Assembly: GCA_012295275.1 (NCBI GenBank)
Contig: CM022667.1
Coordinates: 14,756,001-14,820,000, forward strand
Length of the DNA stretch: 64,000 bases
Reading direction: 5' to 3'
Source: Chrysomallon squamiferum
Lineage: Eukaryota; Animalia; Mollusca
Made by a program: the position numbers and the translations under genes. The notes below the pieces were generated by a model, which was not told the DNA's origin, searched no databases, and worked only from the letters and a program-made list of their open reading frames with translations. Below are positions 11,256 to 25,890 of this stretch, piece after piece; within the stretch, counting starts at the first letter, position 1; each line of letters starts with the position of its first letter.

Positions 11256-12319
11256 GAGACAGTGAAAATTTGATATCAGAATAAAAGAAGCAGTGAAAAT
11301 CATTCTTTTTAATAAGTACAAGCTAATAAATCAACTTAACAAATGAAAACAAAGAATGTTGGTGGTTTGTACAGCACTCTTGTTTTATTTTGCTAAATAT
11401 TTTTAATTATTGTCTATTAGGAACAGGTGATTTTATTATTTCACGTTTTATTATTCCTTTTTTAAAATAGGGCGATGACAAGATTTCTTATAATGTAAGA
11501 AATACTTATATTTATATAATTATACGATATAATTAGATGTAATTTCTGTGGTATAAAGTCTATACTATAAGCAGTAACCATGAAAAGTATTTGAAATGGG
11601 GCAGTGAAAAAATTAAAGATTAGAATCCTATGACGTATTTCTTGTGTCTGGATACATATTTCTTATAAACGTTTGTCAATATAAAGTCTTCTACCAGCGG
11701 GACATTGTCTCGACATTTATCCCAGTTGAGGACTGGGAAGGTGTCAGTTCATAGTTATACTTGGCCATTTTCCATGTCAGTGGTCCGTCTATGAACTAAA
11801 AATGTTTTTGTTTGGTTTTATATATGCTACCATTTTGTCTCTGAATGTCCGTTAAACAGATTGTCAACAGCATGTAAAATACAAGTTAGGTTATTACCAC
11901 ACTCAACGTTGTTTTATAGGAAAATGAAAATATTCTTAAACTGCTGTTAATTATATCAACTGCCAACATCAGGTGATTCTATGACACAATTACAAAATAT
12001 TATACTGAAGAAAACATTTCGTGTTTACGTTCTCATTTTTATTTTTATTTTTGAATAAGTTTCAGTGTGTTTTGTGTGGGTGTATGTGTGTTTTTATATA
12101 ATAACATAATTCTGTCCATAAAATGCCACGAGAACAGTAATATTAAACCGTAACACTATTATTTTGACATTATTACAGAACATATATATATATATATATA
12201 TATTCGAGCATCGTTTATTCTAGAGTAATAGTACAGCCAGACACAATTTTCTCTCTTCGTGTGTGTGTGTGTCTGTGTGTGTTTCTGTGTGTGCGTGTGT
12301 GTGTGTGAAACAGTTATGA

Positions 12320-12700
12320 ATATCCTTTTTATTTCTTTATCCTTTACTTTTCTAACGAAATACAAGCTTTCATACTTTTCAATGAATGCAAATACATTCT
12401 TAGAAAAGTAACAAGTTCTTTATAAAAAATTCAGATTGAAATTTTATCAAACCTCCTATGACAAACTATCAGAAAATTAGATTTTTTTGGATAAAATCAA
12501 CATTTTGCTCTAATCTTTCTATATTTGTCTTCAAACTGTGCCTTGGACAATTCAAACTCCTTGCAGATAGATACAGATAACACAGACTACTCTAAATGTT
12601 ACATGAATGTTTCACACTGAATGTGTCACAGATCATCTGACTGGAGTTACAGTATCCTTCTTTATCTTTTACTAACTGATTTCTCTAATAGATCTAGCAG
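12320..12700 (-). pseudogene. Duplicated fragment of the CENP-N 3' end and 3'UTR
   Basis: 12633-12659 is identical to 49133-49159; 12534-12632 closely matches ~49033-49132. Confidence 0.85.
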
Positions 12701-13523
12701 TCTTTTTACTTCCTCTGTAGTTAACATTTTCCTGAAAACTAAACATATATGTATGGATGGATGTATATCTATATATTAAATGTTACTATATTATTATAGA
12801 CGAGGGGGTTACTTCACAAAATTGTCTGAAAATACTTTCCACCTCCAGATCAAAGCAGAAACTATATAATCATCAGAAAGAAAATATCGATGCTTTGTGG
12901 AGTTTTTATCCTTAATGTTTGCTTTGTTTTATTATGCATGTGAAATTAAGTACGTTTGAATACTGTCAGTAACACACTTTGTGAGACACTAAAACTATGA
13001 TACATATGCATTCCGGTTGAGTAATAAAAATAAAATCAATAAAAACACTTTCAGTTAAACAGAAAGCAGTGAATCATGTGAAAGCATTAATGTGAATAAA
13101 AAACTTTAACTATAATGAGATACAATGCGCATATTCATAAATAATTGTGCCTAAATAAAACTTTTCTGACAGTATTCAAAGGTATTTGTAGTGAAAGTAC
13201 TGTTTGTTTCAGCTTCAGTGAATATTGAAAACATTTAGAAGTCAAGCTCAGGTATTCAGAATGTTTCATTTTCATAAACCAAGAAGGTTACATAATTATT
13301 AGTTCTCTATATCCATTTTTCTCCTGTTTCTTCGTATTATTACTAGTCGAACTGTTAGTAAGACACACTCTCTCTCTCACACACACACACATACACACAC
13401 ATACACATACACACACACAAATTTTACAGTGAATATGTATGTGTTTGTTTATAAGTGTGTGCGTTATTCTTACCCGAAATTTACTATTTTATTTCTTACG
13501 TATTCATCTTTTGTTATATCATT

Positions 13524-15180
13524 ACTGGATTACTTTCTTGTATTTCCAAATATTTTTTGATAAAATATTAGATGCTAAAATAGTAATGCCGTATAGATCT
13601 GACCATAATGCGATTAATATAACATGTAATTTTGCTAATACAGAATGCGGTAGAGGATATTGGAAATTTAACAACTCCCTATTAAAGGACCCATCTTATT
13701 GTACTCTAATTAAAAATATAATAAAAGACACTAAAAACGAATATGTTATACCAGTTAAAAGTGATAAGTAGTGCTGATTTATATTTTAAGATATCGGTAT
13801 CATTATTTCTAGAAATATTGTTAGTACACATAAGAGGTAAATCGATACCGTATACTACTTGGAAAAAACGTCAGGAGTTAAAAGACGAAACTGACTTAGA
13901 AACAAAAATATCTACTACTGAAAAATAAATAAATACTAATTTTCAGAACATAGATGAAAATATTTTTGATGAACTGCAAAACGCACAACAGAAATTAGAA
14001 ACTATCACAGATAATGAAATAGAAGCTGCATATATACGGTCAAGAACGTTGTCAATTCAATTAGGTGACAAGCCAAGTGCATATTTTCATTGTTTAGAAA
14101 CTAGAAATTATGTTTCAAAGACAATTTTAAATTTAGAGACGCCTACAGGAATAATTACTTCGACAGGAGAAATATTCCCAGTCATTTTACCAGTCATTAT
14201 ACAGCTTTAAAAGTGTTTCGACTAAACATTTTAACGACCTGATTAACACAGATACTCCGAAACTTAATAAAGAAACTGCAAATAAATCAGAAGTTAAAAC
14301 ATGTATGGAGGGGTTAGTATCGACGTTAAAAAAAGTGAAGAATAATAAAAGTCCAGGTGTAGATGGATTTACGATTGAGTTTTTCAAATTCTTGTGGACA
14401 GATTTCAGTGACTTTGTTTTAGAAAACTGTAAATGAAGGGTATTATAAGGAAGAGTTGTCTGTATCACTTAGAAGATGGGTAATTACTTGTATTCCAAAA
14501 GCAAATAAGAACAGACATCTTTTAGAAAACTGGAGACCTACATCACTGTTAAATGTTATTTATAAACTAGCATCCGCCTGCATAGCAGCTCGAATAAAGC
14601 CAGTTTTAAATGAAGATCAGAAGGTCTTTGTAGAAAGACGGTTAACTGGGTAAATATAAAGACACTGTCTGATATTTTATTCGAAAGTAAGACTAATAAC
14701 GTAACAGGACTAATACTTTTAATTGATTTTGAAAAAGAGTTTAATTCTATATCAATGCTATTCATACACAAAACTTTTCAATATTTTTATTTCGGTCCAT
14801 CAATTCGTAGATGGGTTTCTACGTTTTACAATAATGCAACGGCATATATTTTACTAAACGGACATCTCTCCGAACCCTTTAACATAGAAACAGGTTGTCG
14901 GAAAGGAGATCCTCTTTCGCCACATTTATATATTTTATGTGTAGAAATTCTTGGAATTCTTGTTCGGCCAAATCCTCTAATTAAAAGAATTGATATATAT
15001 GGTTTAGAATATAAAACTGGACAAGTTGCTGATGACTCTCAATTGTATTTAGATGGATCTCCTTCCTCTCTTAGAAATGCAATACATACTTTAGATATTT
15101 TTAGAGATATATCGGGCCTGATAATAAATATAGGAAAAACAAAAATTCTTGGCTTAGGTCCAACTGGTTTAGGTCCCATA
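13524..15180 (+). mobile_element. Decayed L1/Tx1-clade LINE ORF2 fragment
   Basis: Same element as 8838-10480 (YRSDH, GYWKFNNSLL, GCRKGDPLSP, VADD), with additional stops. Confidence 0.9.
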
Positions 15181-15624
15181 TGGCAGATAAAGCACTAAAT
15201 GTAACAGTGCAAACAATAATTCAGTTGTTATTGTTAATATCAAGTCTTCAGTTTAACTAATACAACTGAACTCTCCCCTGAAGTTCTGAAAGCCGAGAAA
15301 ATGAAGTCTAACATCTACATACTCACACACACACACGCACACACAGCACCACAAACTCATCCACACGCATATATGCATGTATATATAAATAACCTATACA
15401 CTTACGCTGTATAAGAAATATATATTTATTTTTATTTATATTTTACTATCAGGCTACCCCATTAAATTTTAAAATTTAAACATGTAGTATTCTAGTATGT
15501 ATATGTGTGTGTGCGTGTTTGCGTACGTGCCTGTCTGCTTGGTTCATAGTCGACTTATGTATTCCTTTCATCCTTCTAGTTTTCCTTTCTCTCGCATTAT
15601 TTCAGGTTTATACAAAACACAAAT

Positions 15625-15930
15625 ATGGCTTCTTTGACTGTTATGTCTCTGCTGCTAGGCGTGGTCGTTCTGACCATGTTGCCAGCCATTCCTCAAGTCG
15701 AGGCTAACATCACTACCGAGTGCTGGGAGAGGTGGAGCAGTTGTAACCTCTGGAGTTCCGCCGCAACCGGATCTCTGTGGCAGACATGCGCACAACGATG
15801 TCAATGTAAAGGAAGCGCTACTGGAACTTGTCTTCTTGCACAGTTAAACTGTCCGCTGCCTAGCGAAGCCTACCAGTGTCAGTGTCGCGGACAGAGAAGT
15901 GGACCGAAACCTTCCTGGTGCAAGTTTTGA
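15625..15930 (+). CDS. Macin copy 5 (type C)
   Basis: Intact ORF with signal peptide and 10 Cys; C-half GSATGTCLLAQLNCPLPSE. Acceptor just upstream; stop TGA. Confidence 0.9.
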   Translation: MASLTVMSLLLGVVVLTMLPAIPQVEANITTECWERWSSCNLWSSAATGSLWQTCAQRCQCKGSATGTCLLAQLNCPLPSEAYQCQCRGQRSGPKPSWCKF

Positions 15931-16734
15931 GAGACAGTGAAAATTTGATATCAGAATAAAAGAAGCAGTGAAAATCATTCTTTTTAATAAGTACAAGCTA
16001 ATAAATCAACTTAACAAATGAAAACAAAGAATGTTGGTGGTTTGTACAGCACTCTTGTTTTATTTTGCTAAATATTTTTAATTATTGTCTATTAGGAACA
16101 GGTGATTTTATTATTTCACGTTTTATTATTCCTTTTTTAAAATAGGGCGATGACAAGATTTCTTATAATGTAAGAAATACTTATATTTATATAATTATAC
16201 GATATAATTAGATGTAATTTCTGTGGTATAAAGTCTATACTATAAGCAGTAACCATGAAAAGTATTTGAAATGGGGCAGTGAAAAAATTAAAGATTAGAA
16301 TCCTATGACGTATTTCTTGTGTCTGGATACATTTTTCTTATAAACTTTTGTCAATATAAAGTCTTCTACCAGCGGGACATTGTCTCGGCATTTGTCCCAG
16401 TTGAGGACTGGGAAGGTGCCAGTTCATAGTTATACTTGGCCATTTTCCATGTCAGTGGTCCGTCTATGAACTAAAAATGTTTTGGTTTGGTTTTATATAT
16501 GCTACCATTTTGTCTCTGAATGTCCGTTAAATTGATTGTCAACAGCATGTAAAATACAAGTTAGGTTATTACCGCACTCAACGTTGTTTTATAGGAAAAT
16601 GAAAATATTCTTAAACTGCTGTTAAATGTATCAACTGCCAACATCAGGTAATTCTATGACACAGTTACAAAATATTATACTGAAGAAAACATTTCATGTT
16701 TACGTTCTCGTTTTTATTTTTATTTTTGAATAAG

Positions 16735-16785
<51 letters not shown>

Positions 16786-17481
16786 TAACATAATTCTCAA
16801 AATTTGATATCAATTTGAATAAAAGAAGAAGAAGTGAAAATTATTCTTTTTATTACGTACAAGCTAATAAATAATGAAGAAAAGAATACTGTTTTTTTCT
16901 GTGTACGGCAGTCCGATTTTATCTCTTTTACTTGAAGCAACCCATATGCTCTTTTTCCATGTAATCATCGGAAGGATTATTTCTGTAAAAGAAGACATCT
17001 TCTCACACATCATATTGATATCACTAAAAACGTACAAACACAGCTTGCATTTCAGAAGGTCTACTGTTCTTGGACACTAATGACAGATAGCTGTCTGTCA
17101 TAGTGATGTGGTTTCAATTTTCAGTTGTTAACGTTGTGTAAGTGGCATTCGTGTGTGGCTTTCACATTTTCAAATGACTAATTACTAAATGTTGGTCTTG
17201 TTTTCAAAGAAGTTTATCCAGGCTGAGAATCCTTTATCCGGATTTCCAAATGTTTCGGGTTCTGGAATACTGTTCAGCGGCGATTTCAGGTATAAAATAT
17301 ATCATAAAGTATAGAGACCATCTCCTCTCTCCAGAAAAAAAAAGAAAAAAAAAAGAACAGTATCTAAAACAGAATGCTACATATTACTTTATCATAGAAA
17401 ATAGAATGTTGCATATTGCATTATCATTAACGATGGAAATATTTATTCACTACTTAGATTCAGCGACAGTCAGTCAGAGAC

Positions 17482-17562
<81 letters not shown>

Positions 17563-17924
17563 AGACAACAATGAGAAGGAAATCTGAAGATAATAAAGCT
17601 TTTACCAGGAGAATAATAGAAAAGGATCCTTCTATCGTAAATTTTGACAGTGAATGTAGCATGTGAAGTGAAATTATTACAGGGTCATTCTTACAGTAGG
17701 GTCCTAATTTGTAGCAGTCAAAATACAGATCATGATTGGTGATTATGTCAGTTCCATCTAATAAACATCTTTTATGTGCCAGGGCGGTTTATAGGGAGAG
17801 TCACACAAAATGATTAAATTAATTTTATATTTAATATAATTTCTTTTATATAAAACTGTTGTAATTGAATATCAACTTAATAGCACACACATTTCAAAAC
17901 AATAAGTAAGTAAGTAGTAGTAGT

Positions 17925-17982
<58 letters not shown>

Positions 17983-18251
17983 TTAATAACAATAATAATA
18001 ATACCTGTCCTACCTACAGAGCCATATGGTTTAGTAGTAATCTTAATTTTTTTTTTTTTTTTATAAAATTTTATTAATTTATGTAAGAAACATTATTAAT
18101 ATATTTTATGTGTTTATGTCAGTTTGTGTGTCTGTATCTGCGCATGCGCTTGCGTGTGTGTTTGTGCTGCAGAACTGTTTTAGTAAAAATAAGGTTTATC
18201 GATTATGTACATACATAACTAACACATACATACATACATACATACAACATT

Positions 18252-18305
<54 letters not shown>

Positions 18306-19106
18306 TATATAGACATAGAACGATATATATTGTCATGATAATAATCTATATATCTGAGTATTTATTTATCTCTGTCTCTCTGCGTGTATATATATTACCT
18401 AAAAACATCAAGTAATTCTTTGACATAGTTATATAGTGAAGAAAAGATCGTAAGTCAGTCTGCTCGTATATCAAATCAATTTTCCCAAACGAAATTAATT
18501 GAAATACTATTAATCCGTTCCAGCCCCCCAAAACCACTCCATTATTTTATTTTTTTTTTAAATTTCTAAATAAGAAAAATGTATATTTAGATGACAAATA
18601 TTGTATAAAAACAAAACAAAAGAGAATGTAAAGAAATAAATTGTTTTTGTAAAGTATAAAGGGATAGGGTTTGTCCATGTTTTGATGGACAGAGATCCGC
18701 AGCTTAGAAATCATTTTAACGCTGGAGTTACAGCCTTTATCGACTCCTTCTGCTTCAGTATTTCACACATCGTAAAGTACTACGCTGCTACTGCCTAGCC
18801 ATGTTGACTACACGCACACCTCGCTCATATGTTTCTGTGATTTCATGCTATCATTCAATGGACATCATCCGCTTCTTCTTCTCAAAACTGTCCCTTTCCC
18901 TCACTTTCCTAGGATCCATGGCAATGTGGCAAAATACTGCATAAAACGCGACCACAACACAACAGAGATGTTTCCACGGCGAATTAACCACAGGAAGCAA
19001 ACGTGTGAGACGCTGGATGCTGGCTGAATGTTGAGTTGAATCGACAGTGTGAGCGCTCGTAACTCGGAAAACTCGTAAGTTGGGGCACACGTAACTCGAG
19101 GTATCA

Positions 19107-19146
<40 letters not shown>

Positions 19147-19807
19147 TGAAATTTATGGAAGCTTCTATTCCGTCAAAAAGGAAAAAATAGAAATAAAATA
19201 AAGAACAATATATAAAATATATATATCAGTATAATTTCACGATAAATACGTTTGAATACTGTCAGTAACACATTTTGTGAGACAATAAAACTATGATACA
19301 TATGCATTCCGGTTGAGTAATAAAAATAAAATCAATAAAAACACTTTCAGTTAAACAGAAAGCAGTGAATCACGTGAAAGCATTAATGTGAATAAAAAAC
19401 TAAAACTATAATGAGATACAATGCGCATATTCATAAATAATTGTGCCTAAATAAAACATTTCTGACAGTATTCAAAGGTATTTGTAGTGAAATTACTGTT
19501 TGTTGCAGCTTTAGTGAATATTGAAAACATTTAGAAGTCAAGCTCAGGTATTCAGAATGTTTCATTTTCATAAACCAAGAAGGTTACATAATTATTAGTT
19601 CTCTATATCCATTTTCCTCCTGTTTCTTCGTATTATTACTAGTCGAACTGTTAGTATCACACTCTCTCTCTCACACACACACATACACATACAAACACAC
19701 ACAAATTTTACAGTGAATATGTATGTGTTTGTTTGTAAGTATGTGCGTTATTCTTACACGAAATTTACTATTTTATTTCTTACGTATTCATCTTTTATTA
19801 TATCATT

Positions 19808-21339
19808 ACTGGATTACTTTCTTGTATTTCCAAATATTTTTTGATATAGTATTAGATGCTAAAATAATAATGCCGTATAGATCTGACTATAATGCGATTA
19901 AAATAACATGTAATTTTACTAATAAAGAATGCGGTAGAGGATATTGGAAATTTAACAACTCCCTATTAAAGGACCCATCTTATTGAAGTCACATTAAAAA
20001 TATAATAAAAGACACTAAAAACCAGTTAAAAATGAAGCTGTCCAATTGATAAGTAGTGCTGATTTAAATTTTAAGATATCGGTATCATTATTTCTAGAAA
20101 TATTGTTAGTACAAATAAGAGGTAAAACGATACCGTATACTACTTGGAAAAAACGTCAGGAGTTAAAAGACGAAACTGACTTAGAAATAAAAATATCTAC
20201 TAGTGAAAAATAAATAAATACTAATTTTCAGAACATAGATGAAAATATTTTTGATGAACTGCAAGAAGCACAACGGAAATTAGAAACTATCAGAGATAAT
20301 AAAACAGAAGCTGCACATATACGGTCAAGACCATAGTCACTTCAATTAGGCGACAAGCCAAGTGCATATTTTTATTGTTTAGAAACTAGAAATTATGTTT
20401 CAACGGCAGTTTTAAAATTAGAGACGCCTACAGGAATAATTACTTCGACAGAAGAAATATTAAACGAGCAGAAGCGTGTTTACCAGTCATCATACAGCTT
20501 TAAAAGTGTTTCGATTAAACATGTTAACGACCTGATTAACACAGAAACTGCAAATAAATCACAAGGTAAAACATGTATGCAGGAGATAGTATAGACGTTA
20601 AAAAAAATGAATATTAATAAAAGTCCAGGTGTAGATAGATTTACGATTGAGTTTTCCAAATTCTTGTGGACAGATTTCGGTGACTTTGTTTTAGAAAACT
20701 GTAAATGAAGGGTATTATAAGGAAGAGTTGTCTGTATCACTTAGAAGAGGGGTAATTACTTGTATTCCAAAAGCAAATAAGAACAGACATCTTTTAAAAA
20801 ACTGGAGACCTACATCACTGTTAAATGTTATTTATAAACTAGCATCCACCTGCATAGCAGCCCGAATAAAGCCAATTTTAAATTGTATTATAAATGAAGA
20901 TCAGAAGGGATTTGCAGAAAGACGCTTTACTGGGGAACATATAAAGACACTGTATGATATTTTATTCGAAAGTAAAACTAATAACATACCAGGACTAATA
21001 CTTTTAATTGATTTTGAAAAAGAGTCTAATTCTGTATCAATGCAATTCATAAGCAAAACTTTACAATATTTTTATTTCGATCCATCAATTCGTAGATGGG
21101 TTTCTACGTTTTACAATAATGCAACGGCATACATTTTACAAAATGGACATCTCTCCGAACCCTTTAACATAGAAAGAGGTTGTCGGCAAGGAGAATCCCT
21201 TTCACCATATTTATTTATTTTATGTGTAGAAATTCTTGGAATTCTTGTCCGGCCAAACCTTCTAATTAAAGGAATTGATATATGGGGTTTAGAATATAAA
21301 ACTGGACAAGTTGCTGATGACTCTCAATTGTATTTAGAT
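19808..21339 (+). mobile_element. Decayed L1/Tx1-clade LINE ORF2 fragment
   Basis: Near-identical to 8838-10369; ends at the deletion junction just after VADDSQLYLD. Confidence 0.9.
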
Positions 21340-21409
21340 AGATAAGTACAAGCTAATAAATCAACTTAACAAATGAAAACAAAGAATGTTGGTGGTTTGT
21401 ACAGTTTGT

Positions 21410-22757
21410 ATACCGTATACTACTTGGAAAAAACGTCAGGAGTTAAAAGACGAAACTGACTTAGAAACAAAAATATCTACTACTGAAAAATAAATAAATA
21501 CTAATTTTCAGAACATAGATGAAAATATTTTTGATGAACTGCAAAACGCACAACAGAAATTAGAAACTATCACAGATAATGAAATAGAAGCTGCATATAT
21601 ACGGTCAAGAACGTTGTCAATTCAATTAGGTGACAAGCCAAGTGCATATTTTCATTGTTTAGAAACTAGAAATTATGTTTCAAAGACAATTTTAAATTTA
21701 GAGACGCCTACAGGAATAATTACTTCGACAGGAGAAATATTCCCAGTCATTTTACCAGTCATTATACAGCTTTAAAAGTGTTTCGACTAAATATTTTAAC
21801 GACCTGATTAACACAGATACTCCGAAACTTAATAAAGAAACTGCAAATAAATCAGAAGTTAAAACATGTATGGAGGGGTTAGTATCGACGTTAAAACAAA
21901 TGAAGAATAATAAAAGTCCAGGTGTAGATGGATTTACGATTGAGTTTTTCAAATTCTTGTGGACAGATTTCAGTGACTTTGTTTTAGAAAACTGTAAATG
22001 AAGGGTATTATAAGGAAGAGTTGTCTGTATCACTTAGAAGATGGGTAATTACTTGTATTCCAAAAGCAAATAAGAACAGACATCTTTTAGAAAACTGGAG
22101 ACCTACATCACTGTTAAATGTTATTTATAAACTAGCATCCGCCTGCATACCAGCTCGAATAAAGATAATTTTAAATAGTATTATAAATGAAGATCAGAAG
22201 GGATTTGTAGAAAGACGGTTAACTGGGTAAATATAAAGACACTGTCTGATATTTTATTCGAAAGTAAGACTAATAACATAACAGGACTAACACTTTTAAT
22301 TGATTTTGAAAAAGAGTTTAATTCTACATCAATGCAATTCATACACAAAACTTTTCAATATTTTTATTTCGGTCCATCAATTCGTAGATGGGTTTCTACG
22401 TTTTACAATAATGCAACGGCATATATTTTACTAAACGGACATCTCTCCGAACCCTTTAACATAGAAACAGGTTGTCGGAAAGGAGATCCTCTTTCGCCAC
22501 ATTTATATATTTTATGTGTAGAAATTCTTGGAATTCTTGTTCGGCCAAATCCTCTAATTAAAAGAATTGATATATATGGTTTAGAATATAAAACTGGACA
22601 AGTTGCTGATGACTCTCAATTGTATTTAGATGGATCTCCTTCCTCTCTTAGAAATGCAATACATACTTTAGATATTTTTAGAGATATATCGGGCCTGATA
22701 ATAAATATAGGAAAAACAAAAATTCTTGGCTTAGGTCCAACTGGTTTAGGTCCCATA
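21410..22757 (+). mobile_element. Decayed L1/Tx1-clade LINE ORF2 fragment
   Basis: Near-identical to 13845-15180. Confidence 0.9.
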
Positions 22758-23203
22758 TGGCAGATAAAGCACTAAATGTAACAGTGCAAACAATAATTCA
22801 GTTGTTATTGTTAATATCAAGTCTTCAGTTTAACTAATACAACTGAACTCTCCCCTGAAGTTCTGAAAGCCGAGAAAATGAAGTCTAACATCTACATACT
22901 CACACACACACACGCGCACACACAGCACCACAAACTCATCCACACGCATATATGCATGTATATATAAATAACCTATACACTTACGCTGTATAAGAAATAT
23001 ATATTTATTTTTATTTATATTTTACTATCAGGCTACCCCATTAAATTTTAAAATTTAAACATGTAGTATTCTAGTATGTATATGTGTGTGTGCGTGTTTG
23101 CGTACGTGCCTGTCTGCTTGGTTCATAGTCGACTTATGTATTCCTTTCATCCTTCTAGTTTTCCTTTCTCTCGCATTATTTCAGGTTTATACAAAACACA
23201 AAT

Positions 23204-23509
23204 ATGGCTTCTTTGACTGTTATGTCTCTGCTACTAGGCGTGGTCGTTCTGACCATGTTGCCAGCCATTCCTCAAGTCGAGGCTAACATCACTACCGAGT
23301 GCTGGGAGAGGTGGAGCAGTTGTAACCTCTGGAGTTCCGCCGCAACCGGATCTCTGTGGCAGACATGCGCACAACGATGTCAATGTAAAGGAAGCGCTAC
23401 TGGAACTTGTCTTCTTGCACAGTTAAACTGTCCGCTGCCTAGCGAAGCCTACCAGTGTCAATGTCGCGGACAGAGAAGTGGACCAAAACCTTCCTGGTGC
23501 AAGTTTTAA
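23204..23509 (+). CDS. Macin copy 6 (type C)
   Basis: Protein identical to copy 5; acceptor upstream and AATAAA downstream. Confidence 0.9.
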   Translation: MASLTVMSLLLGVVVLTMLPAIPQVEANITTECWERWSSCNLWSSAATGSLWQTCAQRCQCKGSATGTCLLAQLNCPLPSEAYQCQCRGQRSGPKPSWCKF

Positions 23510-24313
23510 GAGACATTGAAAATTTGATATCAGAATAAAAGAAGCAGTGAAAATCATTCTTTTTAATAAGTACAAGCTAATAAATCAACTTAACAAATGA
23601 AAACAAAGAATGTTGGTGGTTTGTACAGCGCTCTTGTTTTATTTTGCTAAATATTTTTAATTATTGTCTATTAGGAACAGGTGATTTTATTATTTCACGT
23701 TTTATTATTCCTTTTTTAAAATAGGGCGATGACAAGATTTCTTATAATGTAAGAAATACTTATATTTATATAATTATACGATATAATTAGATGTAATTTC
23801 TGTGGTATAAAGTCTATACTATAAGCAGTAACCATGAAAAGTATTTGAAATGGGGCAGTGAAAAAATTAAAGATTAGAATCCTATGACGTATTTCTTGTG
23901 TCTGGATACATATTTCTTATAAAAGTTTGTCAATATAAAGTCTTCTACCAGCGGGACATTGTCTCGACATTTATCCCAGTTGAGGACTGGGAAGGTGCCA
24001 GTTCATAGTTATACTTGGCCATTTTCCATGTCAGTGGTTCGTCTATGAACTAAAAATGTTTTTGTTTGGTTTTATATATGCTACCATTTTGTCTCTGAAT
24101 GTCCGTTAAACTGATTGTCAACAGCATGTAAAATACAAGTTAGCTTATTACCACACTCAACGTTGTTTTATAGGAAAATGAAAATATTCTTAAACTGCTG
24201 TTAATTATATCAACTGCCAACATCAGGTGATTCTATGACACAATTACAAAATATTATACTGAAGAAAACATTTCGTGTTTACGTTCTCATTTTTATTTTT
24301 ATTTTTGAATAAG

Positions 24314-24374
<61 letters not shown>

Positions 24375-25071
24375 TAACATAATTCTCAAAATTTGATATC
24401 AATTTGAATAAAAGAAGAAGAAGTGAAAATTATTCTTTTTATTACGTACAAGCTAATAAATAATGAAGAAAAGAATACTGTTTTTTTCTGTGTACGGCAG
24501 TCCGATTTTATCTCTTTTACTTGAAGCAACCCATATGCTCTTTTTCCATGTAATCATCGGAAGGATTATTTCTGTAAAAGAAGACATCTTCTCACACATC
24601 ATATTGATATCACTAAAAACGTACAAACACAGCTTGCATTTCAGAAGGTCTACTGTTCTTGGACACTAATGACAGATAGCTGTCTGTCATAGTGATGTGG
24701 TTTCAATTTTCAGTTGTTAACGTTGTGTAAGTGGCATTCGTGTGTGGCTTTCACATTTTCAAATGACTAATTACTAAATGTTGGTCTTGTTTTCAAAGAA
24801 GTTTATCCAGGCTGAGAATCCTTTATCCGGATTTCCAAATGTTTCGGGTTCTGGAATACTGTTCAGCGGCGATTTCAGGTATAAAATATATCATAAAGTA
24901 TAGAGACCATCTCCTCTCTCCAGAAAAAAAAAGAAAAAAAAAAAGAACAGTATCTAAAACAGAATGCTACATATTACTTTATCATAGAAAATAGAATGTT
25001 GCATATTGCATTATCATTAACGATGGAAATATTTATTCACTACTTAGATTCAGCGACAGTCAGTCAGAGAC

Positions 25072-25152
<81 letters not shown>

Positions 25153-25516
25153 AGACAACAATGAGAAGGAAATCTGAAGATAATAAAGCTTTTACCAGGA
25201 GAATAATAGAAAAGGATCCTTCTATCGTAAATTTTGACAGTGAATGTAGCATGTGAAGTGAAATTATTACAGGGTCATTCTTACAGTAGGGTCCTAATTT
25301 GTAGCAGTCAAAATACAGATCATGATTGGTGATTATGTCAGTTCCATCTAATAAACATCTTTTTATGTGCCAGGGCGGTTTATAGGGGAGGGTCACACAA
25401 AATGATTAAATTAATTTTATATTTAATATTATTTCTTTTATATAAAACTGTTGTAATTGAATATCAACTTAATAGCACACACATTTCAAAACAATAAGTA
25501 AGTAAGTAGTAGTAGT

Positions 25517-25583
<67 letters not shown>

Positions 25584-25854
25584 ATAACAATAATAATAAT
25601 ACCTGTCCTACCTACAGAGCCATATGGTTTAGTAGTAATCTTAATAGTTTTTTTTTTTTTTTTTTTTAAAATTTTATTAATTTATGTAAGAAACATTATT
25701 AATATATTTTATGTGTTTATGTCAGTTTGTGTGTCTGTATCTGCGCATGCGCTTGCGTGTGTGTTTGTGCTGCAGAACTGTTTTAGTAAAAATAAGGTTT
25801 ATCGATTATGTACATACATAACTAACACATACATACATACATACATACAACATT

Positions 25855-25890
<36 letters not shown>

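Larger units (their letters stand above)
5783..16796 (+). repeat. Higher-order tandem unit 1 (~11.0 kb: spacer-LINE-macin B-spacer-LINE-macin C)
   Basis: Near-identical landmarks recur at 7893/18845/26413, 10950/29515 and 15625/23204/34241. Units restart at an orphan macin 3'UTR (aaaatttgatatca..) at ~16797 and ~24387. Confidence 0.88.
16797..24386 (+). repeat. Higher-order tandem unit 2 (~7.6 kb, internal deletion removes macin B)
   Basis: Colinear with unit 1 except at 21340-21410, where ~3.4 kb is missing. Confidence 0.88.

Noticed and set aside
15706-15714. N-glycosylation sequon NIT in copies 5-8
   Set aside because: It sits at the predicted first residue after signal cleavage, where occupancy is doubtful; it cannot be supported from sequence alone.
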